A DNA stretch of 64,000 nucleotides from Scenedesmus sp. PABB004 (Eukaryota): positions 1,054,001 to 1,118,000 of the forward strand of contig JABVCE010000012.1 in assembly GCA_014905635.1 (NCBI GenBank). The letters are read 5' to 3'. The position numbers and the translations under genes were made by a program. Below the pieces are notes generated by a model, which searched no databases, had not been told where the DNA came from, and saw nothing but the letters and a program-made list of their open reading frames with translations. Shown piece by piece: positions 26,491 to 38,999 of the stretch. Positions within the stretch are counted from its first letter, which is position 1. Each line of letters opens with the position of its first letter.

Positions 26491-26524
26491 CGCCCGCCCC
26501 GAGGCTGCGCCCGGCCGCAGCGCG

Positions 26525-28476
26525 CTAACGCCGCTGGCGCTTGAAGTCCTGCTCGTCGTCGCCGCCCATGCCGCCGCCCATGCCGCCGCCCATGCCGCCG
26601 CCGTAGCCGCCGCCGGCCATCATCCCGCCGCCGCCCATGCCGCCGCCGCCCATGCCGCCGGGCATCATGCCGCCGCCGCCGGGCATCATGCCGCGGCCCT
26701 GCTGGGCCATCATCTGCGCCATCATCATTTGCATCATTGCCGGCGTCATGCCGCCGCCGCCCATGCCGCCGCCGCCCATGCCGCCGCCGCCCATGCCGCC
26801 GCCGCCCATGCCGCCGCCGCCCATCCCCCCGCCCATGCCCATGCCGCCGCCGGCCATGCCCATGCCGCCGCCGGCCATGCCGCCGCCCATGCCCATGCCG
26901 CCCGGGCCCGCCATGCCGCCGCCCGGGCCGGCCATGCCGCCGCCGCCGTAGCCGCCGGCGCGCGGGCCGACTGGCCCGCCGCGCGGCCCCGCGGGGCCGC
27001 CGGCCATCATGCCGCGGCCGGGCGCGGGGCCGCCGCGCCCGGCAAAGCCGCCACGGCCGGCCCAGGCCCCGGCGGCCCCGCGCTGGGCGAAGCCGCCGGG
27101 CTGCGACGGCCCGCCGCCAAACGCGGGGCCGGCCGCAAACGCGGGGCCGCGCTGCTGCTGTTGCGGCTGCTGCTGCTGCTGCGCCGCCGCCTTCTGCGCG
27201 AACTGCCCCGGCGCCGCCCAGGTGACCACGACGGCGCGGCCGTCCAGCTCCTTCCTGCGCGGGCGAGCGCAGGCGCGGGCGGCGGCGACTCAGCGAGCGC
27301 AGGCGCGGGCGATGGCGCAGCAGCGAGCCGGCGCGGCCGCCGCCGCGCCCGCCGCCGCCGCACGCACCCCTGCAGCTCCGCCTTGCACTTGCGCGCCGCC
27401 TCGGTGTCTGCGAACTCGACCACCGCGACACCCTTGGACTTGCCGTTCGGGCGGTCCTCCAGGAACCTGGTGGCGGTCGGCGGACGGCGGTCGGCGGTCA
27501 GCGCATGCCCTCGGCGCTCCGCGGCACGGGCCGCGCGGGCCGCGCAGGCCGCGCGGGCGCGCCTGCAGCTGGCGACGGGGCCAAACTCGCCGACCGCGGC
27601 CTCGACCGCCGCGTCGGTGGTCCACCAGTGCAGGTTGGCCAGGTACAGGATGGTGCTGTTGACGTGCGGCGGCGACGGCGCCTGCGCGCGGCGCGGCGCG
27701 GCGCAGGCTGCGTGGGCGGCGCCGGGCGCGGCGGGGGCGGCGGCCCCTGCGCGGGCGCGGCGGGCGCGGCGGCGGGCCGCGCCTTGTGCTGCTCCGCGTC
27801 GCCGTCGTGCGCCGCGCCGCCGTCGGCGCCCTCCGCTGCGCCGTTCTGCCGCGCCGCGCCGCCCGCCGACGGCGCCGAGCCGTCACCGCGCTGCGCAGCG
27901 CGCAGGATGGTGCGCCGCTGCCGCGCGTTGAGGGCGGCGAGGTCCACGGCGCCGCCGCCCCCGTCGCCACCCTGCAACTGCTGCTGCTGCTGCTGCTGCT
28001 GCTGCGCCTGCTGCTGCTGCTGCTGCTGCGCCTGCTGCTGCGCCTGCTGCGCGCCGCCGCCGCCGCCGCCGTCGTCGTCCTCGTCCGCCAGGCCGCTCAG
28101 GAGGTTGTCGTCGGCGGCCTCCGAGTTTTGGAGCGACAGCCGCCGCGCGTCCGCCGCGTCGCTGCCCTGCTGCTGCGCCTGCTGCCCGTCGTCGCCCACG
28201 TCGCCGTAGTCGCCGCGCGCGCCGCCGGCGGGGTCATAGTGGTCGCCGTTGTCTGCGTCGCGTGCGGGCGCAGCAGCAGCAGCGGCAGCGGCAGCGGCAG
28301 CGGCAGCCAGCGGCGGCGGCGGCGACGATGAGCGGCCGCCGCGCCAGAGGCCGTGCCCGCGGGAGTGGGAGCCGCCCCCCGCCACCCAGCCGGCACGCCA
28401 GGCGCGCCAGGCGCCCGGGACGCCCACCATCGTCGAGGCCCTCGAAGGCATCGAACTCCTCCTCCTCCTCTGCCAT
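26525..28476 (-). CDS. CPSF6: CFIm large subunit (CPSF6/CPSF7-like) RRM protein with Gly/Met-rich tail
   Basis: LYLANLHWWTTDAAVEAAV, FLEDRPNGKSKGVAVVEF and ELDGRAVVV match the CFIm68/59 RRM signature; acidic N-terminus MAEEEEEFD. Confidence 0.82.
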
Positions 28477-28826
28477 GATCCGGTCGCTGGGGCAGCTCGG
28501 TCCAGTAGCCAAGCAGCCTGGCCGCGCCCTGAGCGCTTGCGGCCGGCGCTGCGGCGGCGCGGCTGCTGGAGCGAGGGCGAGTGATGGCGGACTCTGTGCG
28601 CGCACAGGCGCGGTCGTGGCGGGCTCGGCGGGCTGGCGTTGAACAGAGGATGCGGTGCACCACGCGCTGGGTTGCCGGCGCGGACCGCCGCGCATCAGGC
28701 GCGGTGAGCCCTGCGACGACAGCAAGCGCCGCTGCTGGCGCGCGCCGCCGCCGCACCACACACTCCCCCGCCGCCCGCCCGCCCGCCGCCGTGCGCCAGA
28801 GCCACGTGGAAGCCAGCCGATCAGAC

Positions 28827-29342
28827 ATGCTGTGCCTGGCGGGGCGCGCGGCGCGGGCCGCGCTGAGCAGCGGCAGCAGCGGCGGCGCGTGGCGGCGGCC
28901 GCTCGTGCCGGCGCGCGCGCTCTCCGCGGCGGCGGTGGAGGCGTCCACCGACGCGGAGCGCGCGATTGCGGCGAAGATCGCGGAGGGCATGCGCTGCAGC
29001 GCCGTGCGCGTGTCCGACACGAGCGGGGGCTGCGGGGCTATGTACAGCATCGAGGTGCGCGCGCGCGCCGGGCCGGGCCGGGGCCTCCGGCAGCGGCGCG
29101 GCGCGCTGGGCGCCATGTACAGCAGCAGCTGGGCGGCAGTGCGCGGCGCGGCGCCGCCGCCGGCGCGGGCCGCCGGCGCGGGCCGCCGACGGGGCGCGGC
29201 GCGCTGCCTTTGCCGCGGCCAGGTCGTGAGCGACGAGTTCAAGGGCCTCAGCATCGTGAAGCAGCACCAGCTCGTCACGCGCCTGCTCAAGGCGGACATC
29301 GCCGAGTGGCACGGCTTCCACCTCACCACCAAGGCGCCGTGA
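28827..29342 (+). CDS. BOLA: BolA family protein (BOLA3-like, organelle-targeted)
   Basis: VSDTSGGCGAMYSIE/VVSDEFKGLSIVKQHQLV..DIAEWHG; one intron at ~29055-29223. Confidence 0.9.
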   Translation: MLCLAGRAARAALSSGSSGGAWRRPLVPARALSAAAVEASTDAERAIAAKIAEGMRCSAVRVSDTSGGCGAMYSIEVRARAGPGRGLRQRRGALGAMYSSSWAAVRGAAPPPARAAGAGRRRGAARCLCRGQVVSDEFKGLSIVKQHQLVTRLLKADIAEWHGFHLTTKAP

Positions 29343-29587
29343 CTCTGAGGGCGGGCCCTCGAGGCGCAGGTCGCCGGCGGCGGCGCAGGCGGCGGCCGCG
29401 CAGCGACGCGCGGCGGCGCAGCAGCTCGCCGGCGGCGGCTGCGCAGCGGGCGGCGTGCGAGGGACGCAGCGGGCGGCACTGAAACCCAACCGGGGGCGGG
29501 CGGCGGCGGGGCGTGGGGGAGCAGTCGGCGGGCTGCGCAGCGTGCGGCGCAGCGTGCGGCGGCCGGGGCGTGCGGCGGCGCTGTCCC

Positions 29588-29592
29588 TGTAA
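29588..29592 (+). terminator. TGTAA polyadenylation signal after BolA
   Basis: TGTAA ~245 nt after the BolA stop. Confidence 0.5.
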
Positions 29593-29957
29593 TTCCATCC
29601 GGAGTCGCGGATGTCACAGGACTGGCGGCATTGCCGCGATCGGAGGACTCACTCACCGCTCCCGGCGCACGCCGCGCGGCGCAGCGGGGCGCCGCAGCGC
29701 GGCGGCGCAGCGGGCGCTCAACCCTCCTGCTGGCGGACGGACGCACCCGGCGGCGCTGGTCCCCGCCACTTGCCACAACACGCGCCCAGGCAGCAGCGCG
29801 TCCGCGCACCCGGTGGCAGCAGCGCGGGACCCCGCAATTCGAACTTTGCGCCGCGCTCGCTGCGCGATGTGCCGCGCCTGACGCCGCACGCGGTGGAAAC
29901 TGGGCCAAAAAATCCCTGGGCGCGGCAGCGGCGGCCAAAGCGCGCCCCACGCGCGGG

Positions 29958-31741
29958 ATGAAGCGGCAATCGGCAGCAGCCGGCGCGCGCCCGCCCCAGA
30001 AGCGCGCCAAGGGCGCCAGCGCCTCGCCGGACGATGTTCGCGTCGCCAAGGGAGGCGACCAGCAGCGCGAGCAGCGCGCGACGGGCGGCGGGCGCGACGG
30101 AGGCGGCGCCGCCGCGCAGCAGCGGGGGCCGCCCCCGCTCGCGCCGCGCGAGTGGGCACAGCGCGAGCTGCCCGCCGAGCTGGTGGCGGAGCTGGAGGCC
30201 CTCTATTCCCAGGCGCAGCAGCCGAGCGAGGACGGCTGCTGGACCTACGTCGGCGCGCCGATGCCGCGGGTGCGCCGCGCTGCCGCGCGCCGCGCCGCGC
30301 AGGGCGGCGGCGCCAAGCACGCGCGCCCGACGGCCGCCGCCGCCGCCGCCACGCGCAGGACGCCGTGCTGGCGCACTATGGCAGCCGGCGGGGCTTCTTC
30401 CAGGACAGCATTGCCTCGCTGGACGCGCTGCGCTACGCGCAGGCGCACCCTCCCGCCGGGGTGCGGCGCCGCGCGGCCGGCGCGCCGCCGCGCGCCGCCG
30501 CGCGGCGCCGCGCGGCGCCGCGCGGCGCCGCGCGGGCCGCGGCCCCAGCCCCGCCACGACCCGCGCCTGCGCGCTTGCTTGCTTGCTTGCTTGCAGGACA
30601 CCGTGAGTGCGAGCCAGGTGCCCCTCTTTCACTTTGAGGCGGTCCGCATGTGCGACGAGGAGAACGGCGAGCACTTTGAGGCGCGTGCGGCCGCCGCCGC
30701 CGCCGGCGCCGCACGGCCGCCGCGCCGCACGCCGCCGCGCCGCATGTGGTGCAATGCCGCCGCCGCGCCCCGGCCGCTGCTGTGCCGCGCCGCGCCGCAG
30801 GTGGGTCTGGGCGAGTATGTGATCATCCGCGAGGAGGTCCGCCGTGCGGCGGGGCCGGGGCACGTGGTCGAGGAGTACGTGGGCCGCGTGACAGAGATCT
30901 TCACAAACGTCAACGTGCGCGCCGGGACGCGCCGCGCCGCGCCGCCGCTCTCCGCGCGCGCCCCGCGCGCCGCGCCGCGCGCGCTGCTGCCCGGCGGGCC
31001 GGCCGGCCCGCGCGCGCGCGCGCCGCGCCGGGGCCGCCCCGCTCCCCGCCGCGCCGCGCCCAAAACCCCGGCCGTCGCCCAAAACCCTGAACCCCGCCCC
31101 CAGGGCGAGCGCATGTTCCGCATCCACTGGATGTACCGCGACATCGACACCCCCGTCGCGGCGGCGCCCAAGGGCGGCGGCCGCGCCGGCGAGACGGTGC
31201 AGCGCGTGCTGCCGACCGTGGGCCACCTCGGGCACCCGCGTCGCCTGTGGCTCTGCGGCAGCGAGGCCGACAACGAGCGCTACGAAAACTGCTACCCGCT
31301 CGAGTCGCTCGACAGGCGCGGCGCGGGGGGTTGGGTTTTATGCTCAAAACCCGCACGGCGCGCGCCGGCGCGGCCGCCGGCCGCCGGCCGCCTGCACCGC
31401 CAGCAGCCAGCAGCCCGCGCTCGCCCACGCCGCTGTGGTGTCGCCGCCGCCGCGTCGTGGTCCGCGCCGTGCGCGCCGACCACGCAGGAAGGTCAACGTC
31501 TTCCATGTGGCGCCGGGCGTGACCGACCCGGCGGAGGTCCCCGAGCTCGCGGGGCGGTTCAACCCGGAGACCGACTGGTTCTACAACCAGTTCACGGTGA
31601 GCTTCTTTTCTTCTTCCGCTCGCATCAGTCAGTCCGTTGGGTTGATTGGTTGATTGGGCGATGAGCCCGGGGCGAGCGGGGGTGGGCGCTCGGGGGCTGC
31701 AGCTCACGCCCTCGCGCCGATCGCTCCCCTCGGCCTCACCC

Positions 31742-31808
<67 letters not shown>

Positions 31809-34800
31809 TGCGGGCGGCCAGGTGCGCGACTACCTGACCTTTGAGGACGCGTTTGAGGACTGGCTGCCCTTCAGCACCGCCTACATGGACGTGTGGCGAC
31901 AGAAGGGCGCGGCCGGCGTCGCGGCGCTGCGCGCGGCCGGCGACCTCACGCACCTCATGCGCGGCCAGGCGGCGCGCAAGCTGCCGCCGCGCGGCGAGCG
32001 GGTGCGGCGCCGCGCGGCGCGGCGCGGCGCGGCGCGGCGCGGCGCGGCGCGGCGCATGCGCGCCCCGCGCGCGCGCCCTGCCCCCGCCGCCGCGCCCGCC
32101 CGCGCCCGCCCACGGTCGCGCCGCGCCGCGCGCCGGCAGACGCTGCTGGTGCTGGAGCTCTTTGCCGGCGGCGGCGGCCTCTCCTACATCTGCCAGTCGG
32201 GCGAGCGCGTGAAGATCAAGCCGGGCTGGGCCAACGACATCAACAACAGCGCCGCCGCGACGTACACGGCCAACCACCCCGACACATACGTGCGCGCGCC
32301 CGCGGCGCGCCGGCGCGGCGGCGCGCGCCGAGAGCGCCAACAGCGCCCGCCGCGCGGCGGGCGCGGCGGCCGCGGCGGCGGCGCGCCTCTGACGCGTGCG
32401 CCTCCCGCAATCGGCTGCGCTCCCTTTGGCGGCGCAGGTGTCGTGCGTGGGCCTGGAGGAGTACACGCAGCTGCTGGTCAAGTGGGGCGCCGAGGTGGAC
32501 CGCTACCTTGGCCCCGGCTGGCAGCGCGTGCTCGCGCCGCTGCGCGCGGCGGCCGACGCGCCGCGGCACGCATTCAGCCGCCGCCACCTGCCGCCGGGCG
32601 TCGGCTGCGTCGGCAGCACGGCCGGCGCCGAGGGCGGCTCGGCCGACGCGGCGACCGCGGCGGCGGCGCGCGCGCACGACGCGGTCACCGCGCTGCGGCG
32701 CAGCCGCGGCGAGGTGCGCCGGGCGCGCGCACCGCGCGGCCGCGGGCCCCCGGCGGCGCCTGCCGCGCGCCGCGCCTCAGCGCCGCGCGCTGTCGCGCAG
32801 GACGTGGCCGCGGCGCCGGAGGAGCCCGACTGGGACGGCCTCATCGCCGCGCTGGCGGTGGTCAAGCCCGTCGCGTCGACGGGCAGCCTGAGCGGCCAGG
32901 TGCGGGGCGCGGCCGGCGGGCCGGGCGGGGCGATTGTCGCTGCTCGGCAGGGCGCGGGGCGCCGGTCGCCTCGTGGCGGGGCGCGCCGCGGACGCTGAGG
33001 GACACCGCCCCGACTCGCGCCGTGCCCCGCAGGACTACCTGGAGCTGCCGTCGGCGCCCGAGTGCGAGGCGGAGGAGCGGCAGGAGACGCTGTCGGCGTA
33101 CGAGCAGGCGCTGCGCGTGCAGCGCGAGCGCATCGACGAGTGCCGCGCGGCCATCAAGCAGCGCCGCCTCGGCAAGGTGCGGCGCGCGCGCGCGGCGGCC
33201 CGCTCGCCCTCGTGCGCCGCGGGCCGCCGCCAGCACGGCGTGTTGGCGCCGACCCCCCTTGCCGGCCGCCGACCCGGCGCCGCCGCGCGCAGGTGCTCGA
33301 GGTGCGTGACGTGCGCATCACCGACTGCGCGGTGCGCGTGAAGCACGGCAGCAGCCGCAACCAGATGGCCGAGGGCCTGACCGACTGGGAGTGCTGGCTG
33401 GAGTACGAGGTCCGCCGCGAGCGGTGAGCCCTCTTCCCTGCGCCGCGGTGGCGTGGCGCCGTGGCCGCGCGCGGCGGCGGCCGCCCCCGGCGCGCCACCG
33501 CGCCGCCGACGCGCCGCGCCGCGCGCGCAGGCTCCCCGCGTCGGACGACGCTGCAGCAGAGGGCGGCGACGCCGCAGCAGAGGGCGGCGGCGCCGACGGC
33601 GGCGCGCCGGAGTGGGCGTGGGAGCACCAGAGCCTGCTTTGGAGCCGCGACGCGGTGCTGCCGATGCGGCGGTTCATGCTGGCAATGCTCGCAGACAAGA
33701 CCATCCCCCTGCCTGGCGACGTCCAGCTCCTCACCGGCGGCCCGCCCTGCCAGGTGCGCCGGCGCTCTGCCGGGCGCCGGCCGGGGGCGCGCGCCTCGGC
33801 GCCCGCGCGCCTCCGCCGCTCACGCGCCCTGCCGCGCCCCGGCGCCCGACCCGCCACGCACGCTCGCCCCGCAGAACGTGAGCGGCCTGAACCGGCACGC
33901 GAAGCACCAGGACGTCCTGCACGACCCCAAGAACCGCCTCGTGAGCGCCGCGCGCTGCCCTGCGCCGCCGCTGCCCTGCGCCATGGCCTCGGCCTGCTGC
34001 GCGCACGCCGCTGCACACCGCCGTCACTTCACACCGCCATCACTCAATCACTCACACCGCCCCGCCGCCGCCGCCCCCACGTGCCAGGTGACGAGCTACA
34101 TGGGCCTCATCAGCTACCTGCAGCCCAACTTCATTCTCATGGAGCAGGCACGGCGCCGCGCCCCCGCAGCCTGCGCCAGCACCCGGCCACAGCGCGCCCC
34201 CGCATGCGCCTGCGCCCGGCCGCAGCGCGCCAAGGGGGCGGCAGGGCCACAGCGCGGCAACGGGGCCGCCCGCGGCGCGGCAGGCCGGCGCGGCAGGCCG
34301 GCGCGGCAGCGGCGCGGCCGCCGCGTGCGTGCGCGGCCGCCGGCGGCCCGCAAAACCACGTGCCCGCGCCGCGCCGCACCGCCGCCGCGCCGCGCCGCGT
34401 CGTCGCCGTCATTGTCGCCGCAGGTGACCGACGTGTTCAAGAAGGAGGCCGCCATCTACGCGCGCTACGCGCTCATGCAGAGCATTCGGCAGAACTACCA
34501 GGCCCGCGCCGGCATCCTCACTGCGGGGCACTACGGCGTCGCGCAGGGCCGGCGCCGCGCGCTCTTCTGGGGTGCGCGCAGCGGCGTGGAGCAGCTCCCG
34601 CCGCTGCCGGGCGCGACGCACGCGGTCAAGCCGTTCAACATGCACTACCCGCGCGGCACGGCAGACTTCTGCCGCGTCGAGTTTGCGAGCGCGGTGCGGC
34701 GCCGGCGCGGGGCGGGCTTGGCGCCTGCGCGCAGCGGGGCTCCGCGCCACGGCGGCTGCTCCCTGACCGCCACGCGCCCGCGCCCGCGCAACGCGCCGCG

Positions 34801-37800
34801 GCGCCGCGCAGGCGTCCGAGGCGGCGGCGCACCCGATGGTGGTCATGGGCGACGTGCTCACCGACCTGCCGCCCGTGGACAACTTTGACGAGGCGCGCCC
34901 CCCGCGCCGCCGCCCCCCGCGCCGCCGCGCTGCCGCCCCCCGCACCGCCGCGCCGCCGCCCGCGCCCAGCCTCCCCGGCGCGCGGGTCCTGGCGCCCGCC
35001 AGCGCCGCAACGCGCGAGCCCACGCGCGCACCCACCTCTGCGCGCGCGCCCGCCGGCCGCCGCCGCGCAGAGCGACCGCAGCGACTATGCGAGCGCGCCG
35101 CAGTCGGTTGCGCAGGCGTGGCTGCGCCGCGCGCCGACCGGGCGCAGCCTGCTCGAGCGCGGCGTGCACGCCGACGCGGCGATGGAGCCGTGGCAGGGCA
35201 TGCAGCGCCGCGCGCGGGAGATCCTGGACGGCGGCGACCACGCGCAGGCGCGGCCCCCGGCGCGCGACCGCCGCCGGCTCGCGCCGCGCCCGCGCCGGGC
35301 CGCCGCGGCCGGCCGGCCGACCGCGCGTGCCGCGCCGCGCCGCTCCGCCGCCCGCCACGCCAGATCTTGGCTGTCGGGCAGAAGGTGCTGTGCAAGAAGG
35401 CGGAGCTGCCGTCCACGACCGGCGGCGCGGGCGCGGGCGGCGGCGGCGACGGCGGCGACGCCGCGGGCACGAGCGCCGCGGCCGCCGCGGCGAGCGGCAG
35501 CACGACGGCGGGCGGCGCCGGCAAGAAGGGCGGCGGCGCCAAGCGCGGCAAGAAGGCCGGCGGCGCTGGCGGCGCCGCCGGCGACGGCTCCGACGCAGGC
35601 GGCAGCGGCGCCGCCGCCGCCGGCGCCGGCGACGACGACGAGGACGAGGCGGACACCGCGGGTGCGCGGCGCGCCCGGCCGCCGGCCCTGGCAGCGCCCG
35701 CTGGCCGCGCTCGCGCCGGCCCTGCACGCACGCACGCACGCACAGCGCCCAGCTCCTGTCCGCACTCGGCGCCGCCGCCGCCGCCGCCGCAGAGCTGGCC
35801 GCTGAGATCAAGGGCTCCAGCAACTTTGCCATCCAGACGTGGACGGCCCACGCCGCCGACGCCGCGGCCGGCGACGACACGGCGCGCGAGCTGCTGCAGC
35901 TCGTGCGCGAGGCGGAGCTGCAGAGCACGGCGTTCACGCTCGGCGTGGTGCGCCCGGGGGAGGGGGGGGGGCAGGCGCTGCTAGCTCCGCACGGGCCGCC
36001 GCCGGCCCGCGCGCGGCCGCGGCGCCGCGTGCAATGCGCGCGGCCCCCGACCGCGGCCGCCCCGCGCCGCACCCCTCCGCGCCGCAGCGCCGGCTCGCGC
36101 TGCAGGCGGCCGCGCGCGACGTGCCGGCGGGCGCGCCGCTGCGCGACCACCGGCCGCTCGCGTGCAACGCCGACGACTACAGCCGCATGTGCGCCGTGGA
36201 CCGGAGCAAGGGCGCCAACTTCCGGGACATGCCCGGCGTGGTCACGCACGGCGACGGTGCGTGCCCCTGTGCCCGCGCCCGTGCCCGCGCCTGCACCTGT
36301 GTGTGCGCAGGTTGGGGGGTGAGCAGCCGCGGCCGGCGCCGACGGCGCTGCCGCACCGCGCGCCGCGCGCCGCACGGCAGGCCGGTGCTGCGCGGGGTCG
36401 TGGCACGCGTCCAAGACCGCGAACCACAAGCAGGCCAAGGCGCTGGAGGCCAACGTCGCGGCGTGGCGCGCGCTCGGCAAGGCGGGGCAGCAGGCCGTGG
36501 CCGACCCCATGAGCGTCCTCTTCGACGGCATCAGCCTCGAGGTGCGCCGGTCCTTGCTGCGGGGACAACGCGCGCGCGGCCGCGCGCCGCACGCGGCGGC
36601 CGCCCGCCGCCCGGCCCCCGCGCGCCGCGCCCGCCGCCCACGCGGTCGCGCCGCGCGCCGCCCGCGCCGCGGCGCGGCGCCCCGCAGTGCTCCTGCCCCG
36701 GCGGCGGCATGCCCCCGAAGCCGCCGCGCGGCTACAAGGGCTCCGACGGCAACGACAAGCACTTCCGGGTCGACTCGTACGGCTCCGCCGCCAAGGGCGG
36801 CTGGCGCGGCAGCCACATGCCCGGCTGCCCCTCGCGCGCGTTCTTCCTCAACACCGGCGACCTCGTCTGCCCGCGGTGCGCTTGCTTGTTTGCTGCGCCG
36901 CACGCACCGCGCTGCGCACGCTGCGCTGCGCCGCGCCGGACGCCGCCCGCGCGCGCGCCGCCTCACTCCTCCTCACCGCCTCGCCCCCCCCCCCCCCTGC
37001 CCGCGCCAGGTGGTGCGTGACGTACAAGGACGGCAAGTCGAGCGGGCGGCACGGCTGCTTCGGGCGCGTGTGGTGGGACGACATCCAGCCGACCGTCGTC
37101 ACGCGCGCGGAGCCGCACAACCTGCAGCTCATCCACCCGGAGCAGGACCGCGTGCTCACCATCCGCGAGAACGCGCGCTGCCAGGCACGCACCGAACCAC
37201 GCCGCCGCGTGTGTGGGAGGCTGCGTCCGTGGGGGCCGCGCCCGCGCGGCGCGCTGCCGCTCACTGGGTGACGCGCGCGCCGGCGGCGCACCGCCCGCGC
37301 GCAGGGCTTCCCCGACTCGCACGTCTTCGTCGGCCTCGCGGGGCCCCGGGCAAGACGGGCTCGTGCGGCAAGGGCGCGGCGACGGTCGACGAGCGCTACA
37401 TGCAGGCGCGCGCCGGCGGCGGCGGCGGCGCGGGGGCGGCGGCGCGGCGGCGCGCCTGGCGCCGTGGCGCTCGGCAGAGGCCTGACGGGGGCACGGGAGC
37501 GCACGCAGCAGACCCGCCGCCGCCGCCGGCCGCGCCGCGCAGATCGGCAACGCCGTTGCGCCGCCGCTCGCGGCCGCGCTCGGGCGCTGCCTGCTGCTGG
37601 CCGCGGAGGAGGCCGCGCCCGTGGCGGTGCCGGTGGTGGACGTGCCGGACCCCGAGTATGAGGCCGTCGCGGCGGCCTGCCGCGCGGCCGGCGTGGGGTT
37701 CTGGTGCGAGGCGCACGACGTCGACCAGGTGCGCCCGCGCCCGTGGCGGCGGCGGCGTGGACCACGCTGGGCGGCGGGGGCCGAGCGTGCGCTGGCGGAG

Positions 37801-38703
37801 GGACGTCCCTCCGCCACAGCCCCTGAGCCCCCGCCGCCGCCGCCGCCGCCGCCGCCGCAGTCCACGCGCAACGCCTTCTACCGCGCGCGACACCGCAAGC
37901 CGGCGGCCGGCGGCGCCGCGGCCGCGGGCGGCGCGCCGCCCGCCTCGGCCAGCCCCAGCGCGGCGACGGCGCCGCCCGCCGCGGCGGCGGAGGCCGCCGC
38001 TGACGGCGAGAGCGGCGGCGCGCCGGCCGCCACGCCGGCCGCCGCGCCGGCCAAGGCCGCCCAGCCGCGCAAGCGCAAGCAGGACGGCGCCGGCACGCCC
38101 GCCGCCAAGCGCGTGCCGGGCGCGACGCCTGGGGGCAGCAGCGCCGCGCGCGCCGACGGCCGCGCGCGGCGCGGCGCCGCGGTGGCTGCGAGCGCCAGGA
38201 TCAGCGACCAGCTCGTGTGCGAGGTGCTGCCCATTGCCGCGCTGGCGGCGGCGACGGCGGCGGCGGCCGTGCCCGCCACGCCGCGCGGGGGCGCCGCCGG
38301 CGCGGCGAGCGCGCGCGGCAGCACAGGCGCTGCCGCGGAGGCCGGCGGCAGCAAGGAGGCGTCGGCGGCGGCGGCGGAGGAGGAGGCGGCGGCCAGCCCC
38401 GCCGCGGTCGCGGCGGAGGAGGTGGAGGCGGCCAGCCACGCCGCGGCCGCGGCGGAGGAGGAGGCGGCCAGCCCCTCGGCCGCCGCCGAGGCGCCGTCGG
38501 CGGGCGGCGCCAGCGCCGCCGCCAGCGCCGCCGCCAGCGCGAGCGCCAGCGCGAGCGATGAGGGCACGGAGGACTCATCTTCCTCGGAGGGCTCCGAGGA
38601 GTCCTCGTCAGAGGAGGGCTCGTCCTCGGAGGGGGACGACAGCGAGCGCCCCGGCAGCGACTCGGCGGACGGCAGCTCGGCGGACGGGAGCGACGACGAG
38701 TGA
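29958..38703 (+). CDS. CMT: Chromomethylase-like DNA (cytosine-5) methyltransferase: BAH domain, C5-MTase with degenerate chromodomain insert, acidic tail
   Basis: BAH ([21 protein letters not shown]); motif [29 protein letters not shown] (motif IV); MEQV (VI); YGVAQGRRR (VIII); [42 protein letters not shown] (IX); [14 protein letters not shown] (X). These are CMT-type signatures. Confidence 0.88.
31750..31806 (+). repeat. (GCC)19 intronic microsatellite
   Basis: Direct observation. Confidence 0.85.
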
Positions 38704-38999
38704 CGGCCGCGCTGACCACGGCCGGGGGCGCATTCTTTGATCTGGGGGCGCGGCTGCGGCTGTGGGGGCTCGGGGGACTCGGGAGTTTCATGCGGGCCGC
38801 GGCCAGCGCCGCACGCGCAGTAGTCAGTGCAACACACCGGACGACGAGCCCGCGCAACACACGCGGCCGCGCGCGCACACAGAGGGTGGCGCGCGCGAGG
38901 GCGCCGCCCAGCCCGAGACCGCCCGCGCGCCCCCGGGCGGCCTCGCTAAAAGTACAGGCCCGCCGCCGCGGCGGGCGGCGCGGGTCTCCTAAACCCCGC

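Noticed and set aside
29958..38703. Bacterial restriction-modification or transposon-borne methyltransferase
   Set aside because: The gene is intron-rich with a BAH domain and CMT-specific motifs, and has no adjacent nuclease or retroelement ORFs.
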